Made by a program: the position numbers and the translations under genes
NCBI RefSeq assembly: GCF_964204645.1
Contig: NC_134033.1
Location: 1,136,131 to 1,200,130, forward strand
DNA length: 64,000 nucleotides
Source: Tubulanus polymorphus
Lineage: Eukaryota > Animalia > Nemertea
Reading direction: 5' to 3'
In this document: positions 56,248 through 64,000 of the stretch, piece by piece
Layout of the letters: each line of letters starts with the position of its first letter
How positions within the stretch are numbered: the first letter of the stretch is position 1
Notes under the pieces: model-generated
What the model was told of the DNA's origin: nothing
The model's database searches: none
Seen by the model: only the letters and a program-made list of their open reading frames with translations

Positions 56248-59200
56248 TCATTGAATCCAGTGAAATCGTAATGAATTATCCGTCTGTTCCTCCGCGTCCT
56301 CTTCGCTATCCGAATCATCGTCGTCACTGTCGTCTGCTGGGGATAGATGGCGCTGTCCTGAACTCGTAGCCAATAATGGTAAATACGGATGTAAGCTGAA
56401 ATCAGAAGTCGAGTTACGTATGAGCAAGCATGTACCGGTAGTAACTAATTTCTGGATTCAAGTTTTGGCTTTCCCGAGTATATTGTTATGTATTATTGCA
56501 GTATTAAAGGGTGGCCACTCCCCACCCTCCCCCCATTACCGAGTTTACTGGTCAATAGCAGTATGTGAATTCCAGCAGTATGTGAATGAGTTTTCAAGGT
56601 TTTTTTAAGCAAAATTTGTCAAATTCCTTGGGTTTTCACAGATTTTTTTCTAGATTTTTCTGATTCCCTGAGTTTTCAAGGTTTCTGGTAAAATTTGTCA
56701 AGTTTCCTGAGTTTTCTCTGATTTTTTCTGATTCCCACAGTTTTCCAGGTCAGTGGCACCACCCTGTACTAATAGCAGGCTTGTTAAATTTGACGTACCC
56801 CGGTATATGGCTTATCCATTCATCTAGATTCATAGCAAGGAAAGGGGGAAAGAGCAGAGAGAGGAGAAAGAGGAGAGGGGAGAGAGAGGAGAGGGGAGAG
56901 AGAGGGGAGAGAGAGGAGAGAGAGGAGAGGAGAGAGAGGAGAGAGAGGAGAGGAGAGAGAGGAGAGAGAGGAGAGAGAGGAGAGAGAGCAGAGAGAGGAG
57001 AGAGAGGAGAGAGGGGAGAGAGAGGAGAGAGAGCAGAGAGAGGAGAGGAGAGAGAGAGGAGAGAGAGCAGAGAGAGGAGAGAGAGGAGAGAGAGGAGAGA
57101 GGGGAGAGAGAGCAGAGAGAGCAGAGAGGGGAGAGGAGAGAGAGCAGAGCAGAGAGAGAGAGAGGGAGGAGACATACCTGACGCCGTTGACAGTATCTGA
57201 GTGAATGTTGAATGTGTTTATAGGCGGTAGAGCAGACGTCTCGCTGGTCGCGTTTAAATCCCATACATGAACGGAACCATCATGATTACCGGATACTAAA
57301 TAATTACCACTCCTTAAAAATATTAACAACCAGCAATGACTGGTCTGGTCTTAAGTTGTTAGATTGGTTATGGAACCAAAATGAGCTTAGACTGAATCTT
57401 AAAAGTTGAAAATCTTGTTTAGAATCTTTTTTTCTTAGAATTGCAGCATTTTTTACCTGTCAATGTCGAAGTAGATTCTTTGACTGGTTTCGACTTGACG
57501 TTGTAAAGTATATAGAACGATTCCGGGCTGTCGTACGTCCCAACAATTTATATCCGTATCCTTAAATAAAAACATATCAAAATCTCACAGAATTGAGTCT
57601 CTAAACGTCACTACTCTCTTAATTCTGAAAATGGCTCATCAAATTGAGTCTAAAACGTCACAACTCTCTTAGTTTGCTTCATAAATGTTGATTATTTCTG
57701 TAATTAAAGCCATTGAACTTAACACTGTCATCTTTAAAAAACAAAACATTTGGGAATTAATCAGTCAGAACTAGGAAGGTTAAGATATAGAATTCATACC
57801 TTTCGTCCACCTGAATATAACTTGGTTCCGTCTGGTGAGAATTGTACGTGAGTAACGCCACCTTTAACACCTTGCATTAAACCAATCAGATCGCACGAAT
57901 CCTCCGTATACAATCCAACTGTAAACACGCGCACAAAAAACATTCCATCAATAAAATGGCTTCTTCCATAAATCCCCCTATGACATCATTGTTAGTGAAT
58001 TGACCTAAAAGACCTTTCCACTATAGATAGTAGCATATTGATCAATAGACCTTCCGCTACAAGTCTCCATAAATCCCTCTATGACATCATCAAATTATGT
58101 ACTAATCATTTGTTCTATCGACACTTCCACAAAAGAGATTTGCGTCTATAAATCCACCTATGACATCATCAAATTGGTTACTAGCCTTTTGACGTACTGA
58201 GTAAGTTAAAACTACAGGACCCAGTTCCACAGTTGTGAGTTAAAATTTGACTCATTGAAAATGAGCTAATTTTAACTCAAGAGTTAACTCTCACTCATGA
58301 CTGTGGAACTGGATCCCGATGGACTTAAAGTACTCTAGTAAAAGATGTCTGCCACCATGAATCCCCCTATGACATCATCAAATTGATTACTAGTGTTTTG
58401 ATGTATTGAGTAAGATAAAAATACAGATGTACCTAAAGTACTCTAGTAAATATGTCTGCCGCCATGAATCCCCCTATGACATCATCACTGACTGCTGAAA
58501 CGAACCTGTTTTCGAGTAGGATCCGATTGCTAATAGTTTCTGCGACGGAGACGCCGCGATACACGACAGAATTCCCGTCTGCCGGTAACCGATCATCGCG
58601 CCCGTCTGCTTCGCGCGACGAGTCGTGCACTCGCGACCCGGGCGATTTGTATCGAATACGCTGATGAAATTCTTACCGCCGCAGTAGAGTTTATCACCGA
58701 GTAGACTGAACGCGACGCTGTGAGCGTGGACCAGTTCATCCTATAAACATAATCTGAACATTATCTACAGAAATAATCTAAACATTGTCTAATGTTCATC
58801 CTGCAGAAACAATCTAAACATTGCCTACAAAAATACCCATAAATTTGTAAAAATTCGGCATAAAAAACTTCAAAATCAGCAGCTCAAAATGAAAAATACA
58901 AATCACAGTCAAATTTAAATACATTTATAAAAATGAGGTATCGACACTTGACAATTAACACTTCAACAATTTTAGCAGCAATTCTTGAATTTACTGCATA
59001 ATCTTGTTCTTTTATTTGTTTTGTGAATAAAATTCTTTTGATTCAAAGTAAGGCCAAAAAAATTGATACCTAGTTTCTCATTTCTGCCGTGTTTTGAAGT
59101 TCACCCAGCCGGCCGCCTATCTACCCTGTGCATTACTTTAGAAAAAAATCATGACCAAGCTAACAATAACAGACCCGGCAGTTATAGAAATGAACTGTTT

Positions 59201-61656
59201 ACAAATTTCATTGCGGTTTACAAAAGTGACCCGGCTGAAACAAGGTATCACAGGATCAGGATGGAGGCCTCATTACTCAGCTATATTTTATATGGTGTAT
59301 TCTGACAAGCCGTTGATACTTACCGCTTGGTCGTAAATCCGGTAAGAAGCTCGAATGTCTCCGTAGAACGCGTCCCACAAATGAATCGGTGTATCGCGAC
59401 TCGTGCTCACGATACTATAATAGAAAAAAAAAACAAATCAGACAACGACAACAATTCAATAGAAATTCCCCCATTGATGTCATCACAAGCTTAAATAGAT
59501 GATACTCAATTCCCCTTATGACATCACTAGTTACAACAGGCTCGTGTCATTAGATATATTTTAGCAACCACCTATGACATCACTACCTTGCATAGGGTAT
59601 GATGACAACATTAATTTCATCAATCCCCCTAAGACATCACACAGGCTACCTGATGATAACATCAATAGGCATCACATAAATCCCCCTATGACATCATACA
59701 CAGTGTTATACAATGACACAACTGAAATGTCAATGATCTGGAATGTTTGTCGAGAACTTACCAACAAGTTTCTGGTTTGTCAGACGACATCAATGGATAC
59801 CAATTATAATCATAAACCAAACTTGATTCATTCATCTTCAACACACTTTCCTTCAAATATACATCACTATCTTCAGTTTCATCTTCAGTTTCATCTTCAG
59901 TTTCATTTCAAACATTTCATGTTTATTTATCTATGCAAATGTTTATGTAAATACAGTCATATGATCTATAGTTGGGCTGTGATTGGCTGACTATGGTTTA
60001 AATGTCAGGTGGTCAGCTGACCTAGGGTTAGGGTTTCTGATTGGCTGGCTAGGGTAACATGTCACAGGTAGCCTACAGGTGGTCAGCTGACCTAGGGTTA
60101 GGGTTTCTGATTGGCTGGCTTAAGTTACCTGTCACATGTGGTCAGCTGACCTAGGGTTAGGGTTTCTGATTGGCTGGCTAGGGTTACCTGTCACATGTGG
60201 TCAGCTGACCTAGGGTTAGGGTTTCTGATTGGCTGAGTAGACACAAGTGAAGTGACCTCGACATTGACAGGTGATTGAGTAGTGGTGTCATCAGTCAGTT
60301 CAGGGCTACGATCTAATACTCACCAGCACACAGATCCCTTCAGTATTCTGAGTCCAGAGTTGATTCGGTAAATTGAACAATCTTAAAACATTGTCATCGC
60401 TGTTTGTTAGAATACAACTCCCATCCGGGGACCTAATAAACATAAATAACAGTCTCATTTAGCCTTGAAGGGTTGGGGTTAAGTAATGGTCACATCATGC
60501 AGAAAGAAATATAGTTCCCCAAAAAATATACCAATACTATTTCCACAAAGACACAAAATGATATTTTTAAATCTTAGGATTCAAATCTTGGTAGAACCTT
60601 GGAGTAATAACCAGGTACCTTGTCAAGATAATTTTACTCTAAGTAGATTATTACAATTAATCAAGTTTTGATAACTTAATCCAGTAAACTTAATGACTTG
60701 CAATGAACCTGTCCAGTTGGTTTGAGCATTGATTGTCTGAATCAATTCAAAATTCATTAAATAAATCAATGAACCTACCATTTACATCCTTTCAGAAAGT
60801 TATTAGTTGTATTTTGACCGGTTTGAAATTCCTTCCACGAGCCTGTTACTTGAACGGGTGATTTCGTGAAATTATATTCCACTTTGAAACTACGCGAAAT
60901 AGAAACAAATCACAGGTCAAATCTTATTTTGAACTGTTCCTTGGAACTGGTTAAATCTATCTAGAATTCAACTTACTAATTCTCCTCCGCGTCTGCTGTT
61001 GCTGTTGTTTCCTCGGTTTCCATCGGAATATTTTCAGAATTCCAACGTCCGTACGAGTCGGTGCTCGCTCTGAAACCCTCATCGCGAAGTTCCTGCTGCC
61101 CCGAAGCGTCACTCGGAGCAACACTTTCCTCAGTCCTAACTGTCTCCACTGTTGACGGTACTGATATCACATTTGAATCCACAGTTTTCTCGCTTTCTGT
61201 TAAAACATCTTTTCGAGTTAAACTCGAATCAAAATCAGGTTTTAAATCTTGAGTTGAAGAACTTTCCACAATTGTGTCAGTTGGGCCAACAGACGGACTG
61301 GTCGCAACTGACGAGTCAGCAGACGGACTGGTGACCACGGTAAGACCAACAGACGGACTGGTTGCAGCGGTCGAGTCAGGAGACGGACTGGTCGCCAAGT
61401 TCGAACCAGCAGACGGACTGGTCACCAAGTTCGAGCCAGCTGACAGACTGGTCGCCAAGTTCGAGCCAGCAGATAGACTGGTTGCCACAGTCGAACCAGC
61501 AGACGCAGCCGCACAAGAAATAGAATCATTTTCTGCATCTGTTGTATTTTCAGAATCCATTTCTAGTTTCTCAACCCCTGCGACGGTTGATATTTCATCA
61601 CCTTTCATTTCAGGTGAAAAATCGTGTTCACGTTCCATTTCTGTTTCGCATTCCAT
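56248..61656 (-). CDS. WRAP53: Telomerase Cajal body protein 1 (TCAB1/WDR79), WD40 protein
   Basis: 10 exons: 61656-60977, 60889-60779, 60432-60324, 59850-59762, 59414-59324, 58740-58506, 57918-57800, 57560-57457, 57312-57178, 56395-56248 (~606 aa). Diagnostic motifs [104 protein letters not shown]. Confidence 0.95.
56840..57170. repeat. GA-rich microsatellite in WRAP53 intron 9
   Basis: GAGAG/GGAGA units directly after the exon 9 donor. Confidence 0.95.
59975..60240. repeat. ~59-bp minisatellite containing TAGGGTTAGGG in WRAP53 intron 3
   Basis: Four copies of GTGGTCAGCTGACCTAGGGTTAGGGTTTCTGATTGGCTG plus a partial copy. Confidence 0.9.
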
Positions 61657-62479
61657 TCTTCAAATTCGGCTCATTTCAAACTCTTTCAGTGATTTGTTGT
61701 CTCCACGCGATCTCTAAACTTCGGCTTCGAAAACTATTCGATCGAATTCTGCAAAAGAAATTACAAGATTCAAATGAACGTAGATGAAAATCTAAATAAC
61801 TCAGGAACCTTTTCAATGCGGCGACTTTTATTTGACTTTCCTTGACTATTCCCTGACATATAAGTTGTTTTCCCTGACTTGATCTGTTAAGAATCCAATC
61901 AATTAACACAGTCAAATAGGGAAGACATAGACAGAAACTGATTTTACACACAATCTCAACATATTTCCATCACTTCTCTTCGATTTTCAAAAAATTTGGA
62001 CCAACAAAAGAACTGGGAATGGCGTTAAAAAAGAATTCTGCATCATAATGAATGGTAATTCCATTGAATTTGAGTTAGACTAGGTAAATTTTTTCTCCCT
62101 GAAAAATGTTGGCGTTAAGAGAACAGCGACATAAAAAGGTTTGCAGCGTTTATAAACAGACTTTAGAATGTAATTCATTTCTGATGTTTCCAGCCTAGAG
62201 TCAAACATCACCACAGAGCGTTATCGGTTCTAACATAATAGAAATGAGACGCGTGTAGGATAAAACATGATTGTATTGATTTGTAAAGTGTATGCGGCAC
62301 AGAATTTATGAGTGCAGTTTTATTAACTCGACTAATATTTGACAGCTGAGTAAATAATGATGGCAGATTCAACTGTGTAACTGTTAATCGATACACAATA
62401 CTGACTTCTAGTCTCTTCATACTGTGTGTGTGTCGAAATCTGCTTCATTCATTACAACTAATCATTTACTGATCCAGCA

Positions 62480-63110
62480 CCACCCAGTTCCACAGTTCTG
62501 GACCCAGTTCCACAGTTACTGAACCCAGTTCCACAGTTATTGGACTCAGTTCCACAGTTCTGGACCCAGATCCACAGTTACTGAACCCAGTTCCACAGTT
62601 ACTGAACCCAGTTCCACAGTTCTGGACCCAGTTCCACAGTTACTGAACCCAGTTCCACAGTTATTGGACCCAGTTCCACAGTTCTGGACCCAGTTCCACA
62701 GTTATTGGACTCAGTTCCACAGTTCTGGACCCAGTTCCACAGTTCTGGACCCAGTTCCACAGTTACTGGACCCAGTTCCATAATTACTGGACTCAGTTCC
62801 ACAGTTATTGGACTCAGTTCCACAGTTCTGAACACGGTTCCACAGTCAGTTCTGAACCCAGTTCTACAGTAACTGGACCCAGTTCCAGTTCTCAACCCAG
62901 TTCCACAGTTCTGGACTCAGTTCCACAGTACAGGACCCAGTTCTACAGTTCTGGACTCAGTTCCACAGTTCTGGACTCAGTTCCACAGTACAGGACCCAG
63001 TTCTACAGTTCTGGACTCAATTCTACAGTTACAGGACTCAGTTCCACAGTTCTGGATCCAGTTCCACAGTCCTGGTCCCAGTTCCACAGTTCTGATACCA
63101 GTTCTACAGT
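62480..63110. repeat. 19-21-bp CCAGTTCCACAGTT minisatellite upstream of WRAP53
   Basis: About 30 tandem units. Confidence 0.95.
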
Positions 63111-64000
63111 TCCACGAGTTTTGTAAGGTTCAAATTTAAATGAATCATTTAACTACAAACACTCAACAGACATTCTCCAGGACGTTCGCAATCCACTACA
63201 AGTTGAGCAGTTGCCAATAAATGTAATCATTTAAGTTAATTAATAGTTAATTAACGAAATGTAATTAGCGTGTTTCGAGTTGCGCAAGTTGAAATACACA
63301 GTAATTATTACAGATGTGTAGTCAGAGCCTCGTAGCAGCTGTACAACCACCTGGAACCTTCCCACTACTTTCTTCTCAATGAGCTCAGTCTGATGGCTAA
63401 GTCTCTATGTGTAGTTTCGAAAAATGAAAACTTGAAACATAGTTTCTAACGGTTAGTTCACATTTTCGATATCTGCAAATTCAGAATTTGCTGTTAGGTT
63501 CCATTTTGAGGAGAAAGTTGCAGAGAACCCTAATAGGGTTTAGGCTTTAGGGATTTGATATTTGGAAAAATGGGCCCAGGTGAAGTAGAACTCAGAGACA
63601 TAGGCAAGGGTTCATTATTGTCAATGTCTGATGACTTTCAACGACTTTTTAGACTCTGATTCCAGGACTTATACGCAATCGTCAAACCAGGAATCCTGAT
63701 TACTAATAACTGAAAACTAATGACTGATGACATTCAAGGACCAGGACGATGATCCAAGGAGTTTAGAGGCCTTTGAATCGAACAGATGTCAAGAGCTTTG
63801 ATGTCTGCCAGTGATGCGCGCGCGAACACAGTCGCGTGTGTCTGTTATTCGATACCGATGACAATGACATGATTAAATAACGCGAGCACGTAGCAGCAGC
63901 AGCAGCACAGCTAACGAACCAACGAACGAAGGGCGGGTATAATGAAATCTAAAACTGGCTCATCTCTCGCAAATAACTACATTCACCAGCGGCGGCACGA

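Noticed and set aside
56750-57175. Overlapping L/S- and R/E/G-rich ORFs
   Set aside because: GA microsatellite within WRAP53 intron 9; only 57178-57312 is exonic.
59851-60323. Telomerase RNA or scaRNA encoded in WRAP53 intron 3
   Set aside because: The template-like sequence is part of a tandem repeat, and I see no H/ACA hairpins or pseudoknot.
62599-62895. ORFs with VELGP/NPVPQ repeats (also 16118, 18170, 29256 and the 5' half of 43249)
   Set aside because: Translations of the CCAGTTCCACAGTT minisatellite.
61657-64000. Head-to-head TP53 as at the mammalian WRAP53 locus
   Set aside because: No p53-like coding sequence is visible in the remaining 2.3 kb; it cannot be excluded beyond the window.

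Overview
Eukaryotic (animal, probably invertebrate bilaterian) genomic DNA with GT-AG spliceosomal introns, CpG-rich exons and AT-rich, repeat-laden introns. Four multi-exon protein genes were reconstructed by hand with phase-consistent junctions: Nck (SH3-SH3-SH3-SH2 adaptor, +, 8764-16761), U2SURP/SR140 (-, 26 exons, 22339-40087), an unidentified ~1200-aa protein with WD40-like segments (+, 23 exons, 41010-54684, head-to-head with U2SURP) and WRAP53/TCAB1 (-, 10 exons, 56248-61656). Non-coding DNA holds many small non-autonomous DNA transposons (piggyBac-, hAT-, PIF/Harbinger- and Tc1-like), tRNA-derived SINE heads and minisatellites, two of which appear to derive from MITE parts. Most notable: a U12-type minor intron in the unidentified gene; a strand-polarised ~40-bp intronic motif present in about 55-60 copies; arrays of CTCF-consensus motifs; a candidate poison exon in U2SURP; a fold-back element with outward-facing Pol III B-boxes; and a TTAGGG-bearing minisatellite inside the telomerase-factor gene WRAP53. 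All exon coordinates and copy counts were read by eye and need confirmation with RNA-seq and alignment.
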